Positions 19,221-28,599 of a DNA stretch of 32,000 bases are shown piece by piece. The DNA comes from Candidatus Methylomirabilis oxygeniifera (lineage in GTDB: Bacteria; Methylomirabilota; Methylomirabilia; Methylomirabilales; Methylomirabilaceae). The position numbers were made by a program, and so were the translations under genes. Position 1 is the stretch's first letter. Each line of letters begins with the position of its first letter. Location of the stretch: assembly GCA_000091165.1 (NCBI GenBank), contig FP565575.1:900001-932000 (forward strand), read 5' to 3'. The notes beneath the pieces were generated by a model. It saw only the letters and a list, made by a program, of their open reading frames with translations, did not search any database and was not told the origin of the DNA.

Positions 19221-19838
19221 ATGTTCAGATTGATCCCTCGGGAAGAGAAGTTCTTCGAGTTCTTCGAGAAGGCGGCCAATAACATATTGGAAGGCGCAAG
19301 AATCCTCGTTCAGATGACGGAGGAAGGCGGCGCAAACCTTCAGGAACGATGGAAACGACTCGAAGAGCTTGAGCATGTGGGCGATAAGATTACTCATCAG
19401 ATCATTCGAGAGCTGAACCGGACCTTCATTACTCCCATCGACCGCGAAGATATTCACAGCCTGGCTGTGGCGCTGGATGACGTCATGGATCTGATCGAGG
19501 CGTCGGCGGCTCGCATGAGTATGTATAAGATCAAGCAACCTACCGAGGAGGCGGGGAAGCTTGCCCATGTGATCCTGAAATCGGCGGAGGAGATCGTCAA
19601 AGCGGTGTCGAGCCCCGAACGGCTGGACGATGTGATGGAGCATTGCATCGAGATTAATCGGCTGGAGAACATGGCTGATGAGATCAGCCGAGAGGCGATT
19701 GCCGACCTGTTTGACAAAGGGCACGACCCGATAGACGTGATTAAGTGGAAAGAGATTTACGAAACAATGGAGACGACGACCGACCGATGTGAAGATGCGG
19801 CCAACATCGTCGAATCCCTGGTGTTGAAAAGTACCTGA
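19221..19838 (+). CDS. DUF47 (TIGR00153 / PhoU-like, YkaA-type) protein
   Basis: 205 aa. EEKFFEFFEKAANNILEGA...LEHVGDKITHQIIRELNRTFITPIDREDIHSLAVALDDVMD...WKEIYETMETTTDRCEDAANIVESLVLK. Starts 28 nt after the exbD-like stop. Confidence 0.85.
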   Translation: MFRLIPREEKFFEFFEKAANNILEGARILVQMTEEGGANLQERWKRLEELEHVGDKITHQIIRELNRTFITPIDREDIHSLAVALDDVMDLIEASAARMSMYKIKQPTEEAGKLAHVILKSAEEIVKAVSSPERLDDVMEHCIEINRLENMADEISREAIADLFDKGHDPIDVIKWKEIYETMETTTDRCEDAANIVESLVLKST

Positions 19839-19975
19839 TACGCACAACCTATCAATCGGGGAGATCTCTCGCATCACCTCTGATGGCGGCTTTTCCCGGC
19901 AGTGTCGTTGAATTAATGGCTCCCACCGCCTCCTTTCTTTACTCTCCGGACGATCTGAAATTAATCGACTCGGAC

Positions 19976-20005
19976 TTGACTTTCCTGCCGGGTCAGGGGT
20001 AGGCT
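19976..20005 (+). promoter_or_regulatory. candidate sigma70 promoter for tatA-tatC (TTGACT-18-TAGGCT)
   Basis: TTGACT 19976-19981, TAGGCT 20000-20005. AT-rich direct repeats TGAATTAAT (19909-19917) and TGAAATTAAT (19956-19965) lie upstream. Confidence 0.35.
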
Positions 20006-20054
20006 GAGTTACGGGATACGGATCGGTCGTTCACGTATGTGAGGAGTATGTACG

Positions 20055-20342
20055 ATGTTCGGACTGGGGATGCAGGAGCTGATTGTCATCTTTGTCATCG
20101 CGCTCCTGGTCTTTGGCCCAAAGAAACTGCCTCAGCTTGCGCGATCGCTGGGTCGTGGCGTGGCGGAGTTTAAGCGAGCGTCTGAAGAGCTGAAGGAAGG
20201 GCTGTCTGCCGAGTTATCAACAGAGGATGCGAAGGCGGATGCGTCGGCCCAGCAACCGCAGTACATCGCCAAAGATGAAGCGCCTCCGACTATAGATCCT
20301 GAGGAAAAGCCGAAGGAAACGCACGAGATCCGGAATGTCTGA
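20055..20342 (+). CDS. tatA: twin-arginine translocase subunit TatA/E
   Basis: 95 aa. [38 protein letters not shown], then an acidic tail. Confidence 0.9.
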   Translation: MFGLGMQELIVIFVIALLVFGPKKLPQLARSLGRGVAEFKRASEELKEGLSAELSTEDAKADASAQQPQYIAKDEAPPTIDPEEKPKETHEIRNV

Positions 20343-21135
20343 TGAGAAGATGTCGTTTGTCTCCCATCTCGAGGAGCTTCGAAGGCGAATTATTATTTGT
20401 CTGGTGGCGATCGGGGCAGGTTTTCTTGTTACCTTCAACTATTCGGAAATCATCCTTCGTTTACTGAAACGGCCGCTGACGACCGATCTGGCTTTCTCCC
20501 GGACCTACCCATTCCTGCGATCGCTCCCACGCCCCGGCCCTCCCATCGACCTGATCTTCCTGGCGCCTGCCGAGGCCTTCTGGATGCATATGAAGATCGC
20601 CCTGTTTGCCGGCCTCTTGTTGACCCTGCCGATTGTTCTCTACCAGATCTGGAAGTTCATCGCGCCCGGTCTCCTCTCTCACGAGAAGCGTTATGCGCTC
20701 CCCTTTGTGGTGTTCTCGACCATCTTTTTTATTGGCGGCTTACTATTCTGCTTTTACTTTGTTCTTCCGTTTTCCCTGAACTTTCTGCTGACATACAAGA
20801 CCGAAAACCTCAAGCCGATGATCTCCATCGGTAACTACATAGATTTCACCGCAAAGTTCTTATTAGGTTTCGGAGTGGTCTTTGAGCTTCCGCTGGCGAT
20901 CGCGATCTCGACTAAGATGGGGCTGGTGACGCCCCAGTTTCTCTCCAGGAACCGGAAATACGCCATCCTTATTAGCTTCACGATTGCAGCCATCCTCACC
21001 CCCACACCGGATGTCTTCAACCAGACATTGATGGCGTTGCCGATGTACCTGCTCTATGAGGTCGGGGTTCTGGCTGCCCGCATTCTGATCCGAAAACCGG
21101 CAGTTGCCTCGCAGGAGGCGACGGAAGGAGTCTAA
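20335..21135 (+). CDS. tatC: twin-arginine translocase subunit TatC
   Basis: 266 aa. [15 protein letters not shown]-terminus and six TM segments. Overlaps the tatA stop. Confidence 0.92.
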   Translation: MSDEKMSFVSHLEELRRRIIICLVAIGAGFLVTFNYSEIILRLLKRPLTTDLAFSRTYPFLRSLPRPGPPIDLIFLAPAEAFWMHMKIALFAGLLLTLPIVLYQIWKFIAPGLLSHEKRYALPFVVFSTIFFIGGLLFCFYFVLPFSLNFLLTYKTENLKPMISIGNYIDFTAKFLLGFGVVFELPLAIAISTKMGLVTPQFLSRNRKYAILISFTIAAILTPTPDVFNQTLMALPMYLLYEVGVLAARILIRKPAVASQEATEGV

Positions 21136-21172
21136 GGCGTTCGAGGGTTCAGGTTGGACGAGCGGCTCGGAC

Positions 21173-22528
21173 TTACGAATGCTTGAGAGCAATCGTCTCG
21201 ACGACGTTCGCGACATCCTCACATCGGTCGGTCACGCCTTCGAGCGATTCATAGATCTCTTTCCATTTGGTTAGTTCGAGAACCGGAAGATCACTCTCAA
21301 ACAAGCGGGCAATCACTCGGCGAAAGAGGTCGTCAGCGGTATTTTCTAACCGATTGATCTCCACGCAGATCTCTTGCACGGTGTCGAGCCGCGGCAGTTG
21401 GCTGACGGCCTTCTCGACCTGTTCAGCCGATGCCATAATGATGGCGACCATCTCACGGGATTCCGGTGTGGGCTGTTCGATTTTGTAGAGGACCATCCTG
21501 GAGGCTGTGGCTTCGATGAAGTCCACAACATCGTCGATGGCCGACGCCAGCGCATGGAGGTTCTCACGGTCGAAGAACGGGATGAAGGTCTGATTCAACC
21601 GTTTCATGATGCGGTGGGTGATCGCATCTCCCTGGTGTTCAGCCTCTCTGATCTTCCGCCACTTCTCGACGGGATCGGTATAGTTGTCGAACATGGTCTG
21701 CAGGGACTTGGCAGCTTCGAGGAGATTGTGCGCGGCGGATTCGATCAGACTAAGAAACTCGCGCTCCTCAGGCATCAGCCGGTGGTCTGCAACCGCTTTC
21801 CGATCAACTCCCGGAATCTCCGGTAAGACGCTTGCCGGACGTCTCAAGCCTTTTCGTATCTCTTTGTCTCCGCGTTCCCGGACATCCTCACCCCGAACGA
21901 TGTAGACGACATCCTCGGCAATATTCGTCGCATGATCGGCGATCCGCTCCAGGTAGCGCGAGACGAGGATCAGATCCAGGGCCCTTGGGATGATGGCCGG
22001 ATCGGTCATCATGTAGGTGAGGAGCTCCCGGAAGATCTGATCCCGCAACGAATCGACGGAATCGTCCGACTCAATGACGATCCTGGCCAACTCCGGATCT
22101 CGTGCGACAAAGGCGTCCAGGCTTTTCTTCACCATCTCCTGACAGAGCAGGGCGATCCGCGGAATATCGATAAGCGGTTTCAAAGGAGGCTGCGTGATGA
22201 GCACAGAAGCCGCTTGGGCAATGTTGACCGCCAGGTCGCCGATCCGCTCGATGTCGCTATTGATCTTGATAGCAACCGCAATAAAGCGGAGGTCGCCGGC
22301 CATCGGCTGTTGCAGGGCCAGGAGGGTAAAACAACGCTGATCGGTTTCGATGCACCGCTGATCCATCTCCTCCTCGTGGGTGAACACCTCCTGCACCAGC
22401 GTGTCGTTCCTTTCGACTAGCCCTTTGACGCTCTTCACGATCATCGCCTCGGCCAGACTTCCCATCGCTAACAGGTGTGCTCTCAGTTCCTGAAGTTGCT
22501 CGTCGAAGTGCCGTTGTATGGTTTTCAT
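21173..22528 (-). CDS. phoU: PhoU fused to a C-terminal DUF47 domain
   Basis: 451 aa. Residues 1 to about 225 are a canonical two-repeat PhoU ([10 protein letters not shown]..., [28 protein letters not shown]). Residues 252-451 (from Met at 21775) align along their length with the DUF47 protein at 19221-19838. Confidence 0.88.
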   Translation of the reverse strand: MKTIQRHFDEQLQELRAHLLAMGSLAEAMIVKSVKGLVERNDTLVQEVFTHEEEMDQRCIETDQRCFTLLALQQPMAGDLRFIAVAIKINSDIERIGDLAVNIAQAASVLITQPPLKPLIDIPRIALLCQEMVKKSLDAFVARDPELARIVIESDDSVDSLRDQIFRELLTYMMTDPAIIPRALDLILVSRYLERIADHATNIAEDVVYIVRGEDVRERGDKEIRKGLRRPASVLPEIPGVDRKAVADHRLMPEEREFLSLIESAAHNLLEAAKSLQTMFDNYTDPVEKWRKIREAEHQGDAITHRIMKRLNQTFIPFFDRENLHALASAIDDVVDFIEATASRMVLYKIEQPTPESREMVAIIMASAEQVEKAVSQLPRLDTVQEICVEINRLENTADDLFRRVIARLFESDLPVLELTKWKEIYESLEGVTDRCEDVANVVETIALKHS

Positions 22529-22536
22529 GTGTCGTC

Positions 22537-23301
22537 CTAGCCGAATCGGCCCGTAATGTAGTCCTCCGTCTGTTGCCTGGAGGGTTTGACGAAGAGTTGC
22601 CTGGTCAGATCGTACTCAATCAACTGGCCGAGGTAGAGGAAGGCGGTGTAATCGGAGACCCGGGCCGCCTGCTGCATATTATGGGTGACGATCACGATCG
22701 TATACTGTTGCTTCAGGTCGGCCATCAGTTCCTCGATCTTGGCCGTGGCGATCGGGTCAAGCGCAGAGCAGGGCTCGTCCATAAGCAGGACCTCCGGTTC
22801 GACAGCAATAGCCCTGGCGATGCACAGCCGCTGCTGTTGCCCCCCTGACAGGCTGAGCGCGCTGCTGTGCAGGCGATCCTGGACCTCGTTCCAGAGGGCG
22901 GCCGCCTGCAGACTCTTTTCCACGATCTCGGCCAACGTCGACTGTCCGCGGATACCGAGGATCCGTGGCCCATAGGCGACGTTATCATAAATCGTCTTCG
23001 GGAAGGGGTTCGATTTCTGGAACACCATGCCGACCCGCTTGCGGAGCTCCGTGATTTCTAGGGCCGGGTCGTGGATGTCGAGCCCGCCGATCCGGATGGT
23101 CCCGCTGACTGTCACCCCATCGATGAGGTCGTTCATGCGATTGAGACATCGTAGGAGCGTCGTCTTGCCGCACCCCGACGGTCCGATAAAGGCCGTGACC
23201 TGATGTTTGGGGATATCGAGGCTGATATCCTGGAGGGCGAGCTTCTCCCCGTACTTGAGAGTCAACTTTCTGATTTCAATCATCGGTTCCGTTGTTATCA
23301 T
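22537..23301 (-). CDS. pstB: phosphate ABC transporter ATP-binding protein
   Basis: 254 aa. GPSGCGKTT Walker [15 protein letters not shown] signature, LLMDEP Walker B. Confidence 0.96.
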   Translation of the reverse strand: MITTEPMIEIRKLTLKYGEKLALQDISLDIPKHQVTAFIGPSGCGKTTLLRCLNRMNDLIDGVTVSGTIRIGGLDIHDPALEITELRKRVGMVFQKSNPFPKTIYDNVAYGPRILGIRGQSTLAEIVEKSLQAAALWNEVQDRLHSSALSLSGGQQQRLCIARAIAVEPEVLLMDEPCSALDPIATAKIEELMADLKQQYTIVIVTHNMQQAARVSDYTAFLYLGQLIEYDLTRQLFVKPSRQQTEDYITGRFG

Positions 23302-23347
23302 CGGTGTTCACGGTCCAGTTAAAATCTCATGGCCCTTCACCGTGATT

Positions 23348-23412
23348 GTCATTCCGGGCGTGACCCGGGATCCAGTCTGTCTGCACTGGATTCCCACTTT
23401 CGCGGGAATGAC
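23348..23412. repeat. palindromic repeat (GTCATTCC ... GGAATGAC) inside the pstA-pstB spacer
   Basis: Outer arms are at 23348-23355 and 23405-23412. Inner arm GGATCCAG pairs with CTGGATTCC. Each arm holds its own small hairpin. The termini resemble those of the 6965 and 15463 elements. Confidence 0.75.
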
Positions 23413-23467
23413 GACACCAGGGCCACCTGCTCACTGCCTTTTGTATCATAGAGCATTTTCTCATTCT

Positions 23468-25087
23468 CTAAAACGCTGAAGATGCGTATTTCTTTCGCAA
23501 ACGGTTCCTGATCAGGATCGTTGCCAGGTTCAAGACCAGGACGACCAGGAGCAGGAGGAGCGCGGTGGTGTAGACCATCGGCCGGGCGGCGTCCACATTA
23601 GGCGATTGAAACCCGACGTCGTAGATATGGAAGCCCAGGTGCATGAATTTCCGATCCAGATGGAGGAACGGCCAGGCGCTATCGATCGGAAGGGACGGGG
23701 CGAGCTTGACCACTCCGGTGATCATGAGCGGTGCGACCTCCCCGATCGCACGGGCCATGGCCAGGATGAGTCCCGTAAGGATTGACGGCATAACCGTCGG
23801 CAGGACGACCCGCCAGGTCGTCTCGAACTTCGTAGCGCCCAGGGCCAGCGAGGCCTCACGCATCCCGGGCGGGATCGCTGCCAGTCCTTCCTCTGTGGCC
23901 ACAATGACGACCGGGACCGTCATAAGGGCAAGGGTCAACGAGGCCCACAAGATTCCCCCTGTTCCGAAGGTCGGGGTTGGGAGCGCTTCGGGATAGAAGA
24001 GCCGGTCGATGCTCCCCCCGACAAGGTAGATGAAAAAGCCGAGACCAAAGACCCCAAAGACGATAGACGGGACGCCGGCCAGATTATTGACGGCGATCCT
24101 GACCGTACTGACTAATACCCCCTGCTTCGCGTACTCCCGAAGGTAGAATGCGGCCAGTACACCCAGCGGTGCGACAAGGAGGCTCATGATCATCACCATC
24201 ATCACCGTACCGAATATGGCAGGGAAGACGCCACCCTCGGTGTTCGACTCCCTCGGATCGCCGGAGATGAACTCCCAGAGCCTGGACAGATAGACGCCGC
24301 TCTTGGACCACACCCCCATCGAGTTCGGGCGGACGATTCGGACGATCTGCTGAAGCGGTAGCTCCGTGTCCTGACCGCCCATGACCGAGACGATGAGCGT
24401 CTGTCGGGAGGCCTGGCGCAACGTGGCGAGTCTCGCTTCCTGTTCGCGATACTTGGCCGCCCAACCCTCCATCTCCTGGTCGAGCCGTGCTGTTTGTGAA
24501 CCTGCCTCTTGCCCTGAGAGTTGAAGCTTCTTGAGCGTGAGGCGGATCTTCTCCTGAGCAGCGTTGATCGCCCCGATCTCCTTTTTTTCGATACGCCTGA
24601 TCTCCTGAAACGTCGAGGTTGCGCCAGGGAGAAGGCCCTGAAGCGTAGTCCATGCCGCCTCAGGTCCGGAAGCTACGGCCCGCTCATCATCTCGAACCTC
24701 TTTGAGAAAGCCGTATAGGTTGCCCCACTCCCGTCGTTCGATGAGGACAGCCTGCGCAGGGACGTCGCGGCGAGCGATCGTAGCCTCCTCGACCCAGACA
24801 AAGTCGGCGCCGTACAGGTCTCGATTACCGACCTTGATCTGAATCCGGTGGCGCGCGGCGGTTCCTGGGGGTGCGTCCGGTTGCGGGATCGCCTCCCGTC
24901 GCGTCACCTGGCCTAATAGCTCCTTGCCGTCTGACAGCGTCAGACGCACAATCGGCGACGGCCAAAAGAAGCCCAGCCCGTTGAGCAGCACCAGGAGGAC
25001 GAGTCCGGCCACCAGGAGAAGGTTGAGGGCTAATGCCCCTCCCGTGAGCCAGATGAATGGATCGCCGCTCTTCCAGAATCGCGTCAT
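23468..25087 (-). CDS. pstA: phosphate ABC transporter permease PstA, long form
   Basis: 539 aa. One N-terminal TM helix, an insert of about 250 aa with a coiled-coil-like stretch (EIRRIEKKEIGAINAAQEKIRLTLKKLQ...), then the permease core with ATEEGLAAIPPGMREASLALGATKFETTWRVVLP. Confidence 0.9.
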   Translation of the reverse strand: MTRFWKSGDPFIWLTGGALALNLLLVAGLVLLVLLNGLGFFWPSPIVRLTLSDGKELLGQVTRREAIPQPDAPPGTAARHRIQIKVGNRDLYGADFVWVEEATIARRDVPAQAVLIERREWGNLYGFLKEVRDDERAVASGPEAAWTTLQGLLPGATSTFQEIRRIEKKEIGAINAAQEKIRLTLKKLQLSGQEAGSQTARLDQEMEGWAAKYREQEARLATLRQASRQTLIVSVMGGQDTELPLQQIVRIVRPNSMGVWSKSGVYLSRLWEFISGDPRESNTEGGVFPAIFGTVMMVMIMSLLVAPLGVLAAFYLREYAKQGVLVSTVRIAVNNLAGVPSIVFGVFGLGFFIYLVGGSIDRLFYPEALPTPTFGTGGILWASLTLALMTVPVVIVATEEGLAAIPPGMREASLALGATKFETTWRVVLPTVMPSILTGLILAMARAIGEVAPLMITGVVKLAPSLPIDSAWPFLHLDRKFMHLGFHIYDVGFQSPNVDAARPMVYTTALLLLLVVLVLNLATILIRNRLRKKYASSAF

Positions 25088-27354
25088 AGGGAGCGATACC
25101 TCTGCCGGAGCTTCAGGCGGACCAATTCGGCCAGGGTGTTCACGATGAATGTCATCACGAAGAGTAGGAGGGCTGCCAGGAAGAGGATCCGGAAGAGCGT
25201 CCCGCCATCAGGCGCCTCAGGGAGCTCCACGGCGATGTTGGCCGAGAGAGCCCGAAAGCCGTTGAAGATACTCCAGTCCATCACCGGCGTATTCCCCGTG
25301 GCCATCAGGACGATCATCGTCTCGCCCACCGCCCTTCCGAAGCCGATCATAATAGCGGAGAAGATCCCAGGGCTCGCCGTCGGCAGGACGACCCTCAGTG
25401 CGGTCTGCCACCGGGTGGCGCCAAGCGCGAGCGAACCGGCCACAAGGTGTTGAGGCACGCTGGAGAGCGAATCCTCGGCAATGGTAAAGATAATCGGGAT
25501 GACAGCGAAGCCCATGGCGATGCCTACTACCAGGGAGTTTCGTTGATCATAGGTGAGCCCAAGAACACTCAAGAGCCAGCCTCGATAGTCGCCCGACAGC
25601 AACAGGCGCTCGATTGTTCCACCGAGCTGAAAGGAGATCCAGCCTCCGAGGATGACGATCGGGATGAGCAGGGCGACCTCGGTGCCCGCCTTGATCCGGC
25701 TGCGGACGCTAATGGGAACGAATCGCCAGCAGAAGACTGCGATCAGAATGAGGAGTGTGGTTATGATCGGCATGAGGAAGAGGCCGGGAACGACCTTTTC
25801 GACAAAGGGCGCAAGCCAAAGGCCTGCCAGGAATCCCAGGACGACGCTCGGAAGCGCAGCCATAATCTCTACGGTTGGCTTCACGATCCCCTTGAGCGTC
25901 GGGTGCATGAACTGGGAGGCGTACAGGGCGCCCAGGAGCGCCAGCGGGATCGCGAAGAGCAGAGCGTAGAATGTCCCTTTGACCGTTCCAAAGATGAGCG
26001 GGGTGAGGCTGAACTTTGCCTCAAAGTCGTCGGTCCCTCCGGTGGACTGCCAGACATAAGTCGGCGCGGGGTACCCCTCGTACCAGAGCTTGCCGAATAG
26101 GCTCCCCCAACTGATCTCCGGGTGGGGGTTCTCTACGGTCCAATGTGAGAGGCCCCCCTTCGCATTCACTGTCATGACGCCGTCGACTTTAGGGGCGAAG
26201 GTGACCGCGCTCAGTCCCTCTTCTCCGGCCGTCAGGGTCAGTAAGGTCTTCCCCGTGGTGCCATAGTGGATGTGGATGATACCGGAGGCGTCCGCCGTCA
26301 CAAACCCCTTATCGCGACGGGACGGGGCGAAGGCGACGACGGGCCCCGTGTGGGCCAGAAAGTCATGGACCTTCGCCAGGCGCTGCCCTTCACCATCCGC
26401 TTGCACGAGTTGCCACGAGCCGACGCCGCCCATCGCATCACCCACGATCAGCGTGCGGTCTCCGATCAGGAATCCCACCATACTTACGCCGATTCCGGGT
26501 CGGGTTGTGGCAGCGGCAATGTCGGCAACCTTCGGATCGTTCGGGTCTCGAAGGTCTACCCTGATGATTTGGCCGGACGATGTTCCGACGAACAGATCCT
26601 CGCCGCGACCATCAAGGGCAAGCGAAGTGATCTCCCCCTCGATCGGTAGAGTGAGGCGTTGGCGCGACTCTTCCTTCGTGGTTGGACCGATCAGGGCCTT
26701 CGTCTCTTTGACGGTGACGAGAATGAGAGTCTTTTGACCGATAGCAGCCGCTGTCATAGGCCCGTTGGGGGTAGAGGCGTAGGCGAGCCGCGTCAGTGGA
26801 TGTTGCTCCGGATCAACTGCAATTGGATCGACAGTCGTCAACTCGGCTTCGACACGGCGCTTTCCATCCGGGAAGGTGACCGAGAACCCGACCTCTACGG
26901 GGATCGCGCGCCCATCCGAGAGTCCCAACAAGAGCGGGCCTCGTCCCAAGCCCGATGTCCCGACGACCGTGGCGCCGTGCAGTCCCTGCAGCGGATTAGA
27001 TGGCAGCGACGTTCCGTCCCTGACGGACACGAATTGTACGCCGGAGGCTGTGACCACGTAGCCGATCTCACGGTATTCATCCACCCCGACCGCGAGCGGG
27101 GCCGAATCGAGGCTCGTGGTGAGCTCTCCAGGCAGCACCGCTGTGGGCTTCCTGAAGAGGGGGTAGACCCCGGCGGCAATGACGAACAGGATGGCCAGAA
27201 TGGAGACGATGATCGCTGCCCCCCCGAGCGTCACGATCCAACGGGCGACGCGATCCAGCAGGAGACGCCGCGTGATCTTACGGCGCGGGACGAGAACCGG
27301 GCGAGCCGCTTGTAGCGGCTCGCCCGGTGCAACAACCTTTGTACTGTCTTCCAT
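25084..27354 (-). CDS. pstC: phosphate ABC transporter permease PstC, long form with large extracytoplasmic repeat domain
   Basis: 756 aa. One TM helix, then about 390 aa containing propeller-blade-like repeats, then the permease core (AEDSLSSVPQHLVAGSLALGATRWQTALRVVLP). ATGA overlap with pstA. Confidence 0.9.
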   Translation of the reverse strand: MEDSTKVVAPGEPLQAARPVLVPRRKITRRLLLDRVARWIVTLGGAAIIVSILAILFVIAAGVYPLFRKPTAVLPGELTTSLDSAPLAVGVDEYREIGYVVTASGVQFVSVRDGTSLPSNPLQGLHGATVVGTSGLGRGPLLLGLSDGRAIPVEVGFSVTFPDGKRRVEAELTTVDPIAVDPEQHPLTRLAYASTPNGPMTAAAIGQKTLILVTVKETKALIGPTTKEESRQRLTLPIEGEITSLALDGRGEDLFVGTSSGQIIRVDLRDPNDPKVADIAAATTRPGIGVSMVGFLIGDRTLIVGDAMGGVGSWQLVQADGEGQRLAKVHDFLAHTGPVVAFAPSRRDKGFVTADASGIIHIHYGTTGKTLLTLTAGEEGLSAVTFAPKVDGVMTVNAKGGLSHWTVENPHPEISWGSLFGKLWYEGYPAPTYVWQSTGGTDDFEAKFSLTPLIFGTVKGTFYALLFAIPLALLGALYASQFMHPTLKGIVKPTVEIMAALPSVVLGFLAGLWLAPFVEKVVPGLFLMPIITTLLILIAVFCWRFVPISVRSRIKAGTEVALLIPIVILGGWISFQLGGTIERLLLSGDYRGWLLSVLGLTYDQRNSLVVGIAMGFAVIPIIFTIAEDSLSSVPQHLVAGSLALGATRWQTALRVVLPTASPGIFSAIMIGFGRAVGETMIVLMATGNTPVMDWSIFNGFRALSANIAVELPEAPDGGTLFRILFLAALLLFVMTFIVNTLAELVRLKLRQRYRSL

Positions 27355-27373
27355 GGATCGGTTCAGGAAGCCA

Positions 27374-28384
27374 TTAGAGCGCCTTGCTCAGCTCTTCCTT
27401 GGCGATGGAGTTGGGGATTGGAAAGTATCCATCCTTGATCACGGCCTGTTGTCCATCCTTTGAGAGTAAAAACCTGGCGAACTCACGGGTGAGAGGGTCA
27501 AGGTGCTTGTCCGGCGCCCTATTGACGTAGATGAACAGAAATCGTGACAGTGGGTACCTTCCGGAATAGGCGTTGTCTGCTGTGGCCTCAGCGCACGCGC
27601 CGCCTTCTTTTTCGCTCAGCGGAACAGCGCGGACGTCAGGCGTCGCGTAGCCGATGCCGCTATAGCCCATGGCGTAGCGATCAACAGCCACCCCCTGGAC
27701 GACAGAGGCCGAGCCGGGCTGTTCCTTCAACTCATCTTTATAGTCGCCGTTCTTCAGCGCATGCTCCTTGAAGAACCCGTACGTTCCGGAGGCCGAGTTT
27801 CGGCCAAATAGACTGATCGGGCGATTGGCCCAGTCGCCGGTCAAGCCGAGCTGCCCCCAGGTCTTGATGTCTTCCTTATGACCGTAGCGCCTGGACTTGG
27901 AAAAGATAGCGTCCACTTGCGCAATGGTCAGACACTTGATCGGGTTATCCTTATGCACAAAGACCGCCAGGGCGTCCACGGCACTGCGCAGCCCGGTGGG
28001 CTTATAGCCGAACTTCTTTTCAAAGGCATCGATCTCGGTCCCTTTCATGGGGCGAGACATGGGGCCGAGCTGGGCGGTGCCGGAGATCAGCGCCGGCGGA
28101 GCGGTGGATGAGCCTTTCCCCTCGATCTGGATCTTGACATTCGGGTAAAACTTATTGAACGTTTCGGCCCAGAACGTCATGAGATTGTTCAAGGTGTCCG
28201 ATCCGACACTCGACAGGTTACCCGAGACGCCGCTGACCGCTTTGTAGGTCGGGAGTGTTGGATCGACCTTGAGAACATCCGCCATGGCGAGCGCAGACCA
28301 GAGCAAGACCGCGCACACGATCTCCGCAAGCAACAGTAAAAACGTATAACCTTTTTTCTTTGTACCGTTCTTCTGTCTGAACAT
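27374..28384 (-). CDS. pstS: phosphate ABC transporter substrate-binding protein
   Basis: 336 aa. Signal peptide, then [24 protein letters not shown], and [11 protein letters not shown] motifs of the PstS family. AGGAGG RBS. Confidence 0.93.
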   Translation of the reverse strand: MFRQKNGTKKKGYTFLLLLAEIVCAVLLWSALAMADVLKVDPTLPTYKAVSGVSGNLSSVGSDTLNNLMTFWAETFNKFYPNVKIQIEGKGSSTAPPALISGTAQLGPMSRPMKGTEIDAFEKKFGYKPTGLRSAVDALAVFVHKDNPIKCLTIAQVDAIFSKSRRYGHKEDIKTWGQLGLTGDWANRPISLFGRNSASGTYGFFKEHALKNGDYKDELKEQPGSASVVQGVAVDRYAMGYSGIGYATPDVRAVPLSEKEGGACAEATADNAYSGRYPLSRFLFIYVNRAPDKHLDPLTREFARFLLSKDGQQAVIKDGYFPIPNSIAKEELSKAL

Positions 28385-28404
28385 CGTCAGCCTCCTTTGT
28401 CAAA

Positions 28405-28460
28405 AGACTATCACGCACGGTATAACGATCACGTTACATCTATGTTACGGTTATGTTACA
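28405..28460 (-). promoter_or_regulatory. candidate Pho box array plus -10 element upstream of pstS
   Basis: Read on the minus strand: TGTAAC(28460)-ataac-CGTAAC(28449)-ataga-TGTAAC(28438)-gtgat-CGTTAT(28427). That is four hexamers at an exact 11-bp period, followed 11 nt later by TAGTCT (28410-28405). Confidence 0.55.
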
Positions 28461-28511
28461 TATTGATAAAGTGCATACCAGAGAGTCATGTGTGCGTTAC
28501 TTCCCGAAATC

Positions 28512-28571
28512 GGCCCATCGCCGTTCTGGCCGGAGGAGGGAGGCTCCCCATGTCAGGGACGGCGATGGGCC
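28512..28571 (-). terminator. long perfect inverted repeat between porin gene and pstS (terminator / processing site candidate)
   Basis: GGCCCATCGCCGT 28512-28524 pairs perfectly with ACGGCGATGGGCC 28559-28571 (13 bp, 34-nt loop). Begins 28 nt after the porin stop. Only a short T run follows. Confidence 0.35.
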
Positions 28572-28599
28572 TCACGGGCGTGGAAGAATCGGGCTGATC

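Noticed and set aside
19167-19877. 236-aa minus-strand ORF opposite the DUF47 gene
   Set aside because: Shadow ORF opposite a gene with a clear family signature. No independent motif, RBS or family signal.
28422-28460. Periodic short repeats as a miniature CRISPR-like or tandem-repeat array
   Set aside because: The units are 6 nt with 5-nt spacers at one helical turn, which is the geometry of a response-regulator binding site and far below CRISPR repeat/spacer sizes. The same holds for the array at 31007-31045.
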